NCBI GenBank assembly: GCA_019120575.1
Contig: DWUU01000035.1
Location: 11,877 to 75,876 of the forward strand
Reading direction: 5' to 3'
DNA length: 64,000 bases
Source of the DNA: Candidatus Mediterraneibacter quadrami
GTDB lineage: Bacteria; Bacillota; Clostridia; Lachnospirales; Lachnospiraceae
The notes under the pieces: model-generated
What the model was told of the DNA's origin: nothing
The model's input: only the letters and a program-made list of their open reading frames with translations
Database searches by the model: none
Program-made: the position numbers and the translations under genes
Part shown: positions 42,501 to 47,397 of the stretch, piece after piece
Position numbering within the stretch: the first letter of the stretch is position 1
How the letters are laid out: every line of letters begins with the position of its first letter

Positions 42501-44242
42501 CCACAGAGTTTACACCTGTAGTGGAAAAGAGCATGACCGGTGATGACCGGCCGGACGATGTGACATTCGAGTTTGAGCTGACCGCGAAAGCGGACGGTTT
42601 TGATCCGGCGGACGGCGCGGTTATGCCAAATGATACGAAGGCGGCTGTCACCCTGACACCGGAAGAGGCGGAAGGAACCGGCAGCGCAGCAGGCCAGGAT
42701 GGATTTGGAGCGATCCGGTTCGTCCATGCCGGAACTTATGAGTTCGAGATCACAGAGACCAACGACGGGGAAAAGGGCTACGGCTATGACGGAAGCACCT
42801 GGATCCTGACGGTGACAGTGGAAGACGTTGACGGTAAGCTTCAGGTGGCGGAAGACGGCGTACAGTACGCGAAAGCAGACGGCACCGGAGCGAATGCGGA
42901 CGCTGCGGCATTTGAGAACAGCTACAGCACAACCGAGGCAGCCTATGATCCGAGGGTGGCGAAAGCGCTGACCGGAGATCCTACACCGGTTGATAAGACC
43001 TTTACCTTTACGCTTGCGAGAAATGAAGCGGCAGAGGACGAAGGCACGCCGGAAAACGGCGCGGTGATCAGCAATGACCGGACCACCATCACCGGAGCAG
43101 GAAGTGGAAGCTTTGGAAGCATTAACTTTGACAAGGCGGGAACCTATCACTTTACCATTGCGGAGGTTCAGGGAAGCGACGCGGGATATACCTACGATCC
43201 GCTGAGCTGGGATCTGGAAGTCGTGGTAGAGGACAAGGATTCGGTCCTGACCGTGATAAGTTATACCTATACTCAGACAGACGCTGATGGCAAGGAAGTA
43301 ACCTCTGACGAGGAAGCGACCTTTACCAATGATTACGAAGTCGTACCTGTCGGCTATGTGCCGACGGTGACCAAGACCGTGACCGGTGATGTGCCGGAGG
43401 GCAAAGAAGCACGGTTCCGGTTCGCACTTACAGCAAGGGAGGATAATCCTGAGGGAGCCGTTCTCCCGGCGGACATGGAAGCGGCCATAAAGGGAAGCGG
43501 CGAGGCAGACTTTGATGAGATCGTATTCGAGCAGGCAGGAACCTACCGGTTCGACATTACTGAGATCAATGATCAGCTGCCGGGTTACCAGTACGATGGA
43601 AGCGTGTGGACGCTGACAGTGGTAGTGAAGGATACCGATCATATTCTGGGCGTGGAGAGTGCAGTCTATACAAGACAGGATGAGGCAACCTCTGACGCGG
43701 CGGACTTCGAGAACCATTACAGGCCGGATGAGGCGGCTTACGCGCCGAAGGTGACAAAGCATATAAGCGGTGACAAGACGCCGTCCAATGCGACGTTTAC
43801 CTTTACCATCGAGGCACTTGAGGACAATCCGGAGGGTGCGGCAGTGAAAGGAGCTTCTGCAGACGTAGCGGGAGCAGGAAAGACTGCATTTGCACCGATC
43901 ACATTTACCAGAGCGGGAACCTACCGGTTTGATATACGTGAGGCGGACGGCCATGAAGCCGGATACACCTACGATGCACACAGCTGGAGGCTGACCGTGG
44001 AAGTGGCGGATGAGGATGGAGTTCTGAGTATCGCTAATGTGAAATATGTAAAACGAGGAAGCTTTGACAGCAATACGGAATCTGCAGAGTTTACCAACAG
44101 ATATAAGAGTCAGAGTACAGGCGGCATTGTTCAGACAGGAGATATGACAGATCTGACGGGCGTGGTTGCCGTACTTGGCACATCGGCTCTGTTTATCCTG
44201 ATCCTGTTGTATCTGCGCAGAAAGCATAAAGAAACAGAATAG
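24584..44242 (+). CDS. giant sortase-anchored adhesin (6552 aa): signal peptide, SpaA/CnaB-like domains, DUF11/SdrD-B-like region, about 19 Spy0128/FctA-type repeats, VQTGD sorting signal
   Basis: N-terminal signal peptide; repeated K..../F.LY/T...G...F..L..G.Y.V.E..AP.GY CnaB motifs; GGHIWIDKNNDGIWQ; C-terminal VQTGD, hydrophobic helix and RRKHK tail. RBS aaagga. Confidence 0.93.
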   Translation: MRKMKRMVALLLASVMILTSQSVATAAEVAADTSTQENIAPESTEAEVQKSDTEEASETKASTADAEEPSETKNNSEVSSADEASKEAKNTSETPEPKELTLTDEQTGVQVTGMDNVLPEGAVLSADEKKEKEDADYPAQAKEDIAAKLEQENLSLTDIAFYDISLGGGQPSGKIEVRFPVPGDWDGELDAWYIDEQGNVTNMDGEKNASENYFAFQTDHFSLYALSVSGPKEEENNIEETQPADEKKDEEQTAEPAPQNAEPKDGDEDTNGQTFAEAAESHYGEGGTTATASATIQYEGTGNTVKAGQTISFLIDYWFDSAIYYNYGEHSQPLFDSYDDSKIILHLPEGMSVVEGVEGTLQNVTKVEGPAEGSNDWTLFLNNKISADSDSTGSFLVTIQIGGNGSTEIGHVYDLSDLMDIETSFTIKDRTNPDQITDGKTYKKKVPTSSTLEDLTSVTGDSWMVKKSASGTPVVSNDKKTVTVRFTLEVGLEEGGDIVTQANTYGRTGRVPFANGNTISLKETPVVKDRDGNAIQAQSITVTPDFGTKTPITFDSAGATMSIPVDTCAGKGISLDVDPNAPYYSRYLVEMVYPYDDFIAQYYDENQEQLTVTNTAEIQYALKTNGGTLPDTSTSTAQQKAGEVTKPAELTLGKIINHYDTNVPVDYIWANFGDMEGLAEEPVKGPVVYEIKGENGTTPTLYIKEGDTYKELTGANGQVTYDPSTDQNNQTGEVTVYLDPGTYIVTEQQGPANTSPVAENDDKDHNAEPKTFTIAAGEKETATFYNKEQLGQINILKRGEQNGQVSVLKDAVFGLYTDASCSEDSKVAEVKTNADGTASFTRLLYETEYYVKEISAPSGYIKDDTVYGSYTLSAEKDEVTVESLNEYNLAPIVLQKQVYNPNTGRYDNVIAANAGVFKKCFQILRKAKDGDTWTPVEVTGGETLISLGEDGTIRRQLPVYEGDGKTLITYKIVEYLPEGWHADGEILEGGKRVVYTDDFTLGDYLGNSAQEAYELKLENDRNGSIELTKKFYQATAGGMTETKAQDLTATFDLYYKDGSDELKKYEEGSSYTVAAGQSVSITDLPRTGDGGADREYWLVETSSQEGYKPSENVTGTNAASGQTLNIDGKDQTAFGPFNFNKSLEEGKENIVLEQSVTISNVEQKVPVVVKKVNSYNVNQFVPGAGYTIYEYNGTAEDNKGTQIGFETKITSSAGALSKLDPGKKYLVVETTVPQGYENVNTSDSLIIDLTTTLEVGTTTPVETVTLLNRPDPTITVDKARKNAAGNDTDLKGVTFEVYTKEEGSNSFTRVLGYDDQPLTITSGTATQIPAGEYYLKEVVGENPNSVLDPSKYPDVYKDVEGIKAEDGFYFGPFEVEQQKDAKTIGPLVNYSDEGAVTVTKLQMMWDGSTQPLEGAEIGIYNGDKQVVAATSAADTGHATFTGLPIYDEDGEKITYTIKELTAPDGYTKSDDILKVQLTPGETVETDTEGEDLKLINQPETSLQVYKTYYNVWEHAFTNKQYELPGAVIALYVENADGDYELVGEPQTTDVAGNVFFNGLTQKDHYVAIEVCVPKGEAYQYLEPIAPEKEYLNPDYLTNGDLPKEIKGEDLANYYYVEKEANTGNPVEKYWKQMVNVENWAQLQIEKFVYEDEEHQEHPYDKRKINNAQFTLYMQIVDPDSTTLAFDLTQNPDSYTEIGTYSSGTLYDVNGVRMDGWFGTDVLKSADNVVYWLVETYAGIGADFNPKNVVTLIHREGTNYTNVTEYELEGEIVHPTYDIKYVDNKVTTGEIENLPLYGGAPAMFSTVRIAKWAGARNQETGKKIYEYTPLGNASFDLYLADSQGNLYNKLDTMTTGLDNNVGQQDEPLSAWASSRAFSWKELTGLYEKELSAELYQDIFTIDGDGNGYVRVAIVESDAPVGYTMDKRNTYYMYMFFEYDKEKVTEIFNDAYYVKGDEEEAPDVELAENQEGTQWALYPTEETAEGGYTGVGEMGTAPQDAVTDQYRLVNWPIDKWAVTVQKYGYEVQDANLNRNSEELNDYYAFGGHTDRTPLSVTMRLERYVGGKWSPYAYTTNPDHANGQFKTDGSGYFAFPEGLPMGIYRIVEVTPAAGYENIYDGTAITNGGAGQDKAAYYFQVDTENVHITMYNPKKLSLNVTKTDMEDQPLKDTTFTLTDQTDSSNKIEPAKTDEKGVARLENIGTGTYKLTETATSGYVDSYFSKYFAAAYSDTATYKNLNDLVNGNGIFLGYKTSLKAGEFGTSVQVEQVTDISDYGIDTEKGITVTVKNPKEISFSIRKADADTGAYKNGAQFKVEYLPFGTLSGEITVTSASVEWQDKGTKTTAGTEGTTKGLATVTGEPGIYRITETKAPDGYDITSTQPQYVAMTGGLDIKKVTVDGTEIRKDTNVPLEFEDDQQVSLTVTKTIEKNDMEITGSHAFTFTLYDAEKKKIKELKITTTDGKTASGSFDGLSQGKTYYLKETVVNAGFAFTGMTGENGSPMTSDPDGYYEITMPTEPKDVSVTAENTYLYAKASIRKVNGETGEYLEGAAFRVVQVVDGQEQETSIKVVDDGDGSYTATFLLKGTQPETYRFYETQAPYNYLKDETHYIEVTVGPGQVLAAPGWNDTYTQVGDREQNNQAMLDDRLFPNYQGAYIDLVKYDNVQGAGVANPQKGADFTLYRYNEDTKEWEFAAQATTDGDGEIHFVVNGGRKYALEESYVPTGWQGLEGIYQNDQKADTIGVTVGNEEKTLHLINGGNAIVAGDTYAYQAYNIPLLDLQIRKENALDPSKRLSATAAVYEVPEGTSLDTDEEVTAFIEDEANKPLESEISVNMPGGSNENLYSYSVDERLKNLVVAGKTYLVVETSASTSQIRENANVQWYDLVEIPEGSRDAQTAVLKNVEGSAALKLAKTAEKKNYTSLFTQRAEVNYTITPTVGTNTYPLKDFTVRDEGLTAYNNGQPLAADILAGKYSLTEVTVGPASHKTSDLAEGIDGPIYATVTFYGANGDIVSTSEKLDVSNGSQTAVLPEGSAKAEKISVSYECTQFKDKTKTEYALGTNFQPGTIQVKAEIDQQTGEEGQEMEIIDQIRNTSEATLHYQEWTPAGTKADTVSELKKTATADVYFGEQEAAIVSVEKTADKTTVNLLDPVVYSITITNDENAPEAMQEPFLVDFLPQGTSWQPYDDENDVLLEAGDTGITVSHMRTGTRQGETGVFVFLNGNLDPGESVTVKLKVMTENAAALYGNTMNNYVLVGSDVSGPRTEENPQGASFMNENGRWAQSVESVTTSMDKDRQDILKEILDEQAAYGYVSDMASVNWTGGSDLVMVKSAYGDQNAAAGYSTDILSTISNGGTMYYRLSVSNASQLYTTTQFTLLDVLPAVGDFTSGNAARDSKWALNFDEITRVYKTSQTGSGVDTTEISADLYHVYYYTGTLDGIGAYQNLYDQAENLGYEDSGNLPSGWVTNVTDKTTIKAFAVALKEDQAVQLKNDEALVVEYQAQPNGGEPWDADILNTNSWQNAVNSFACTYSRFSENHPEPEWVGNVFGSNQVSNTIVPTEVGVGGHIWIDKNNDGIWQKDESISNFQSNYLIGQMLDEIEVRLFTYTGTNPNPTDRSEVYPTTGTDWKSKANYQFTGLIPAMLREGVTEATAYPNGILDPTQLKGSAPSTYTLNVTIPNEVDGKYKVTSLGETSGISRDPRTIAKYFPAETTDNNFTEQNSAAVSEKFYLWVTDPEDSDNTKDIGLVPYRDLKIHKTATDDTATNVEGAKFTVYGPFADENVTEADLTEKKKVANGTTDQNGNLTVEDLLWYQNYVIVEESTAAGYELDGATATGATGTNIAPISLGKKTAWLLKTPEDSKTEPVDTVNITNDRTEVKATLKAEKEYLKNGDEQTLKGDEFTFNLWESLADITTEGKTPLMTANNTADGSVTFKGIDELTYDRPGTHYYYITEQQKDTNPYQGVTYDETIYRATVTVEWVAGKGLETTVIYDKQTGPDAWAPATAAEFTNEYNATGNWTPAVTKTLTGRDMKENETFTIEVVENDNGTETVVATGTVSGGKDGEPVGVVFDDPVAYDLDDVGVNHSYTIREKNAGNTTNGLTYSKEEYEVTVTVTDKGDGTLNVAAVYPDGAKSVNFENIYKPEPITYMPVVTKTVTGNELPADQTFTFDLAAGTFEPEDGAQMPADTQAQIKVAKGQTTGTVTDNNFGAITFKKAGTYTFTITEEKPTQTGFEKYDTSEWTLTVVVSDDGNGKLKQESAVYTKEGVTDGTEAAFTNEYDPTDATVRLQAAKKMTSDLAEELPHDMTFTFEQSYSGEKPDSVLMPEENQVEVTIGNLDTKVDAPKFGEITFTAAGEYTFAIEEVIPAGADREEGVNYDNKIWNVKVKVTDEGGILKASAPVYYLSTAALDNPSDPVFTNTYKTEKTDFTPGISKTLTGDPIPEEKTFTFELTANAGNDKDGFQILDQAENPVEKGTATVTYNAGESGLRSTNFNDIQFSKAGRYSFTINEITDDAAGYQYDTKGQGPWTLTVEIKDKGGALEIKSVSYEDKDGTTVTGENARAEFTNSYTVTDTTYIPAVTKKMTGDPRPGDADFAFTIKPGTSNPEGGATLDQDKEASVTIGKDVDEATVPAADTPTAEENAFGPITFSQAGTYTFIIRETDGDEDGYTYDTDPWTLTVKVEDQDSQLTVTETTYTRGTDSNKTAAVFTNSYETKDSKPFTPEVKKTVTGENRPTGTQTFDFTLTPPAGDGYTIANDDKTATVTVTDNASTGTTTDPFGEIIFTKAGTYEFQIAEEKGSANGYTYDTDPWTLTVKVEDKDSQITVTETTYTRKGDTESTEYATVVNTYAVEPTEFTPVVEKTITGDDRPGDVTFNFELTAKADGFDPADGAVMPKDTTAAITLTPDETEGTSSAAGQDGFGTIRFIHAGTYEFEITETNEGKGGYNYDGTHWILKVTVEDVGGRLQVAADGVQYVKADNTGANEDAALFENSYSTKETKYAPQISKILTGDPTPGDKTFTFTLARNEAAEEEGTPADGAVIVNGQTTITGAGDGNFENITFDKVGTYHFTIAEVPGSDAGYTYDPLSWDLEVVVENQDSVLTVVSHTYTRTDVDGQEVTSDEEATFTNDYEVIPTGYTPTVIKAVTGDDRPDDVTFNFELSAKADGFDPADGVKMPKDTMAAVTLTPEETKETSSAEGQDGFGEIQFIHAGTYEFEITEINDGKQGYGYDTSTWILKVTVEDIDGKLQVAKDGVQYAKADGTGANADAVLFENSYSTEETEYAPQISKILTGDPTPVDKTFNFTLERNTTAETSGTPEDGAVISNDQTTIIGEDNRSFGNITFDKAGTYHFTIAEVPGSDAGYTYDPLKWDLEVVVEDQDSILTVVSHTYTRTDADGQEVTSDEEATFTNEYEVVPTGYTPTVTKAMTGDERPGDVTFSFELSAKADGFEPADGVVMPEDTKAAVTLTPEETKGTSSAAGQDGFGEIRFIHAGTYEFEIRETDDGKSGYGYDGSTWILTVTVEDIGGKLQVAKDGVQYAKADGTGVNADAAAFENRYSTTEAFYDPQVAKVLTGDSTPGNKTFTFTLARNEAAEDEGTPEDGAVISNGQTTITGAGSGNFGSITFDKAGTYHFTIAEVPGSDAGYTYDPLSWDLEVVVEDQDSFLKVVSHTYTQTDADGKEATSKEKATFTNDYEVVPTGYVPTVNKTMTGDERPGDVTFDFELSAKADGFDPADGAVMPEDTKAAITLTAEETKGTSSAAGQDGFGEITFNQAGTYTFIIRETDSGKDGYTYDTVPWTLTVKVEDKDSQLTVTETTYTRAGESNEDAAVFTNSYKTKDSIPFTPEVKKTVTGETRPDGTQTFGFTLTAPEGDGFIIDGNDTKATVTVTDNASTGTTTDPFGAITFTRAGTYEFQIAEEQGSANGYTYDTDPWTLTVVVEDQDSQLKVTEATYTRKGDTESTEFATFVNNYAVEPTEFTPVVEKSMTGDDRPDDVTFEFELTAKADGFDPADGAVMPNDTKAAVTLTPEEAEGTGSAAGQDGFGAIRFVHAGTYEFEITETNDGEKGYGYDGSTWILTVTVEDVDGKLQVAEDGVQYAKADGTGANADAAAFENSYSTTEAAYDPRVAKALTGDPTPVDKTFTFTLARNEAAEDEGTPENGAVISNDRTTITGAGSGSFGSINFDKAGTYHFTIAEVQGSDAGYTYDPLSWDLEVVVEDKDSVLTVISYTYTQTDADGKEVTSDEEATFTNDYEVVPVGYVPTVTKTVTGDVPEGKEARFRFALTAREDNPEGAVLPADMEAAIKGSGEADFDEIVFEQAGTYRFDITEINDQLPGYQYDGSVWTLTVVVKDTDHILGVESAVYTRQDEATSDAADFENHYRPDEAAYAPKVTKHISGDKTPSNATFTFTIEALEDNPEGAAVKGASADVAGAGKTAFAPITFTRAGTYRFDIREADGHEAGYTYDAHSWRLTVEVADEDGVLSIANVKYVKRGSFDSNTESAEFTNRYKSQSTGGIVQTGDMTDLTGVVAVLGTSALFILILLYLRRKHKETE
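36200..44104 (+). repeat. array of about 19 Ig-like isopeptide-type repeats (130-145 aa each) within the adhesin
   Basis: Each unit has K near its start, GTY.F.I.E in the middle and F(T/E)N.Y at its end. DNA-level 846-bp period (GAGAAC at 39545, 40391, 41237) and a 3369-bp duplication offset (42914). Boundaries approximate. Confidence 0.9.
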
Positions 44243-44261
44243 AAGACAGTATAGAAACAGA

Positions 44262-44300
44262 GCGCCGCCCTGGCATCCGGAAGTGATGTCAGGGCGGCGC
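44262..44300. terminator. hairpin terminator between the convergent adhesin and DtxR-family genes
   Basis: GCGCCGCCCTGGCATC / GATGTCAGGGCGGCGC. Confidence 0.8.
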
Positions 44301-44305
44301 AAAAG

Positions 44306-44686
44306 TTATTTGACATGTTTTTTTATCGCTTCAAAGCTTTCCGGGCTGATCACATGCTCGATCCGGCAGGCGTCTTCGGCTGCGATCTCCGGATCCACGC
44401 CGAGCCGTTCCAGCCAGGTGGAGAGGAGCGTATGGCGCTCATAGATGCATTCGGCGATCTTTTTCCCGGACTCCGTCAGTGTGATATATCCCTCATGGGA
44501 GACGGTGATATGTCCGCTTTCGCGGAGCTTTTTCATGGCCACGCTGACGCTTGGCTTCTTAAAATTCAGTTCTGTCGCGACATCCACCGAACGGACGACC
44601 GGGAGCCGTCTGCTCAGCACAAGGATCGTCTCCAGATAATTTTCAGATGATTCATTTCCGTGCACAGGGGTCACCTCTCTTTTCAT
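44306..44686 (-). CDS. DtxR/MntR-family metal-dependent transcriptional regulator
   Basis: SENYLETI, VRSVDVA..L....PSVS.AMK.L, LTESG..IA..IYERH, A.EDACRIEH.IS. Confidence 0.93.
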   Translation of the reverse strand: MKREVTPVHGNESSENYLETILVLSRRLPVVRSVDVATELNFKKPSVSVAMKKLRESGHITVSHEGYITLTESGKKIAECIYERHTLLSTWLERLGVDPEIAAEDACRIEHVISPESFEAIKKHVK

Positions 44687-44784
44687 ATGCAGGTATTTCC
44701 GTTAAGTATACCATAATCACAGCGTATGGGCAAATCTGGGAATTTTTTGAAAAATGTTCTCAAAAACTATTGACAGCGCATATG

Positions 44785-44800
44785 AGTTAGTATAAACTAT
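44785..44800. promoter_or_regulatory. putative DtxR/MntR box overlapping the feoA -10
   Basis: GTTAG-TATA-AACTA inside TTGACA(44770)-17-TAAACT; the same motif recurs at 45120 and 55931. Confidence 0.65.
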
Positions 44801-44863
44801 CAAATGTTAGAAATAACAAATTCTGAAACGCAGGATTTTATCTGAAATGAAGGGTTGGTTGAT

Positions 44864-45076
44864 ATGACGTTACTTGATGCGGAAGAAGGCAAAGAGTATA
44901 TTGTGAAAGGGATTGCGACAGACGATGAAGAGCTGGAGGCGTTTCTGTTTTCACTGGGCTGTTACAGCGGGGAGCCGATCACGGTGGTCTCCAGGGTGCG
45001 GGGCGGCTGCACCGTTTCCATCAAAGACGGCCGGTACAATATTGATACTGATTTAGCGAAAGCTATTTCAATATAA
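44864..45076 (+). CDS. feoA: ferrous iron transport protein A
   Basis: MTLLDA..GKEYIV...FLFSLGCYSGEPITV...IKDGRY.ID..LAKAI; directly upstream of feoB. Confidence 0.92.
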   Translation: MTLLDAEEGKEYIVKGIATDDEELEAFLFSLGCYSGEPITVVSRVRGGCTVSIKDGRYNIDTDLAKAISI

Positions 45077-45118
45077 AATAAAAAATAGTGATGCAGATCA
45101 CTGTTTTTTTTGAAACAA

Positions 45119-45135
45119 GGTTAGTTAAAACTAAT
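45119..45135. promoter_or_regulatory. second putative DtxR/MntR box upstream of feoB
   Basis: GGTTAG-TTAA-AACTAAT. Confidence 0.6.
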
Positions 45136-45160
45136 CGGAATGAAGGAGGAGATTTGTAAA

Positions 45161-47173
45161 ATGAGAATTGCTTTTGCAGGGAACCCGAACAGTGGAAAAA
45201 CGACCATGTACAATGCCCTGACAGGCAGAAATGAAAAGGTCGGGAACTGGGCCGGCGTTACGGTGGAACGCAAGGAAAGCCTGATCAAAAAGTCGTATTA
45301 CGACGGCGTGGAGGAACTGGTGGCAGTGGATCTGCCCGGCGCCTATTCGATGTCGCCTTTTACGTCTGAGGAGAGCATTACAAGCAGTTATGTCAGAAAT
45401 GAACATCCGGATGCCATCATCAATATCGTGGATGCAACGAACTTAAGCCGGAGCCTTTTCTTCACCACGCAGCTCCTGGAGCTCGGCGTCCCGGTGGTTG
45501 TGGCACTCAACAAGAGTGATGTGACGGATAAGAAGCAGACCGAGATCGATGAAAAACGTCTTTCTGAGAAACTGGGCTGCCCGGTTGTCAAGACCGTGTC
45601 CACATCGGCGGGGCACACCGGACTGAAAGAGGCGGTCAGAGCCGCGGCGTCTCTGAAAGGCGCGGGACAGACGGCTCCGTATGTACAGGCGGATATCGAC
45701 CTGACAGATAAGAAGGCGGTGGAGGCGGCCGACCGGAAGCGGTTCGAGTTCGTCAACGGCATCGTAAAGCAGGTGGAAAAGAGGAAAGTATTTACAAAAG
45801 ATAAAAACTTCCAGGATAAAGTGGATGAGATCATCACCCACAAGGTCATCGGCATCCCGATCTTTGTGGCTGTGATCTTCCTGGTATTCTACATATCCCA
45901 GACGACGCTCGGAACATGGATCGCCGACTGGCTGGTCGGCTGGATCGAGACCTTCCAGGGCTGGGTGGGCGGCCTGATGGAAAATGCCAACCCGCTCCTT
46001 TATGCGCTCCTCGTGGACGGCATTATCGGCGGCGTCGGCGCGGTAGTCGGCTTCCTTCCGCTGGTTATGGTCATGTACTTCCTGATCGCCCTTCTGGAAG
46101 ACTGCGGATATATGGCAAGGGCGACGGTCGTGCTGGATCCGATCTTCAAGCGGGTGGGGCTTTCCGGTAAATCCGTGATCCCCATGGTCATCGGCACCGG
46201 CTGTGCCATCCCGGGCGTTATGGCGTCCCGTACGATCCGGAATGAGCGGGAGCGCCGCACAACGGCCATGCTGACCCCGTTCATGCCCTGCGGCGCGAAG
46301 ATCCCGGTGATCGCCCTCTTCGCAGGCGCGTTCTTTGCGGATGCGTGGTGGGTATCGGCGACCATGTACCTGGTGGGCATCGTCCTGGTTCTTCTGGGCG
46401 CGCTGCTTGTAAAGCGGATCACGGGACAGAAATACCGTAAATCTTTCTTCATCATCGAGCTTCCGGAATATAAGATCCCGAGCCTGAAGCGTGCATGCGT
46501 CTCCATGCTGGAGCGCGGCAAGGCGTATATCATCAAGGCCGGAACGATCATCCTCGTGTGCAACACGGTGGTCCAGATCATGCAGACCTTCAACTGGCAG
46601 TTCCAGCTGGTGGAGGAAGGCGCGGAGAGCACATCCATCCTGGCCAGCATCGCTCATCCATTTGCGATCCTGTTCATCCCGCTTGGATTCGGCGTATGGC
46701 AGCTCGCAGCGGCAGCGATCACAGGATTTATCGCGAAAGAGAATGTGGTCGGCACGCTGGCGGTCGTATACGGAGTGACAAATCTGATCGATACGGATGA
46801 ACTTGCGCTTGTGGGAAGCGGCAGTGAAGTGGCAACAGTCATGGGACTGACGAAAGTGGCGGCTCTCGCATACCTGATGTTCAATCTCTACACTCCGCCC
46901 TGCTTCGCGGCTCTTGGCGCCATGAACTCGGAGATGAAGAGCGGAAAATGGCTGTTTGGCGGCATCTGCCTGCAGCTGGCCACCGGATATACGGTTGCCT
47001 TCCTGGTATACCAGGTCGGAACCCTTGTTACGACCGGTTCTCTGGGAACCGCGTTTATTCCGGGACTGATCGCGGTGCTCGCATTTGCATTGATCATCCT
47101 GTGGCGGATCCGCAAATCCGACCGGGAATTTGCCGCAGAGTACAGCCTCCACGGCAAAAGTGTGGTACAATAG
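45161..47173 (+). CDS. feoB: ferrous iron transporter B
   Basis: GNPNSGKTT, GNWAGVTVE, DLPGAYS, NKSD, FMPCGAK, YTPPCFA. RBS aaggagga before ATG 45161. Confidence 0.97.
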   Translation: MRIAFAGNPNSGKTTMYNALTGRNEKVGNWAGVTVERKESLIKKSYYDGVEELVAVDLPGAYSMSPFTSEESITSSYVRNEHPDAIINIVDATNLSRSLFFTTQLLELGVPVVVALNKSDVTDKKQTEIDEKRLSEKLGCPVVKTVSTSAGHTGLKEAVRAAASLKGAGQTAPYVQADIDLTDKKAVEAADRKRFEFVNGIVKQVEKRKVFTKDKNFQDKVDEIITHKVIGIPIFVAVIFLVFYISQTTLGTWIADWLVGWIETFQGWVGGLMENANPLLYALLVDGIIGGVGAVVGFLPLVMVMYFLIALLEDCGYMARATVVLDPIFKRVGLSGKSVIPMVIGTGCAIPGVMASRTIRNERERRTTAMLTPFMPCGAKIPVIALFAGAFFADAWWVSATMYLVGIVLVLLGALLVKRITGQKYRKSFFIIELPEYKIPSLKRACVSMLERGKAYIIKAGTIILVCNTVVQIMQTFNWQFQLVEEGAESTSILASIAHPFAILFIPLGFGVWQLAAAAITGFIAKENVVGTLAVVYGVTNLIDTDELALVGSGSEVATVMGLTKVAALAYLMFNLYTPPCFAALGAMNSEMKSGKWLFGGICLQLATGYTVAFLVYQVGTLVTTGSLGTAFIPGLIAVLAFALIILWRIRKSDREFAAEYSLHGKSVVQ

Positions 47174-47197
47174 TTCTGGAAAGGCAGGAACAGAATT

Positions 47198-47347
47198 ATG
47201 GCAGACATTATCGTTGGGATCATACTGATCCTTCTGATCGGCGGGGCGGTCGCCTATATTGTCAGGGCGAAGAAAAAAGGCACGAAATGCATCGGCTGCC
47301 CGGCGGGCGGAAGCTGCCCCAACAAAGGAAAATGTAAAGAGAAGTAA
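47198..47347 (+). CDS. FeoB-associated Cys-rich membrane protein (49 aa; absent from the ORF track)
   Basis: MADIIVGIILILLIGGAVAYIVRAKKKGTKCIGCPAGGSCPNKGKCKEK: one TM helix plus CxxC...C, right after feoB. Confidence 0.88.
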   Translation: MADIIVGIILILLIGGAVAYIVRAKKKGTKCIGCPAGGSCPNKGKCKEK

Positions 47348-47393
47348 AAAAATATCCGGACGGAGAATCGTTCTCCGTTCCGGATGTTTTTTT
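47348..47393. terminator. bidirectional terminator after the feo operon
   Basis: AAAAAATATCCGGA CGGAGAA...TTCTCCG TTCCGGATGTTTTTTT. Confidence 0.8.
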
Positions 47394-47397
47394 GTGC

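Noticed and set aside
38280-43336. Diversity-generating retroelement or shufflon within the adhesin repeats
   Set aside because: No reverse transcriptase, differences between repeats are not adenine-specific, and no copies of the recombination site were seen inside or after the gene.
22814-44242. Module as a prophage, ICE or integron
   Set aside because: No phage, relaxase, T4SS or excisionase genes, no direct-repeat att pair seen at the ends and no attC-like cassette array.
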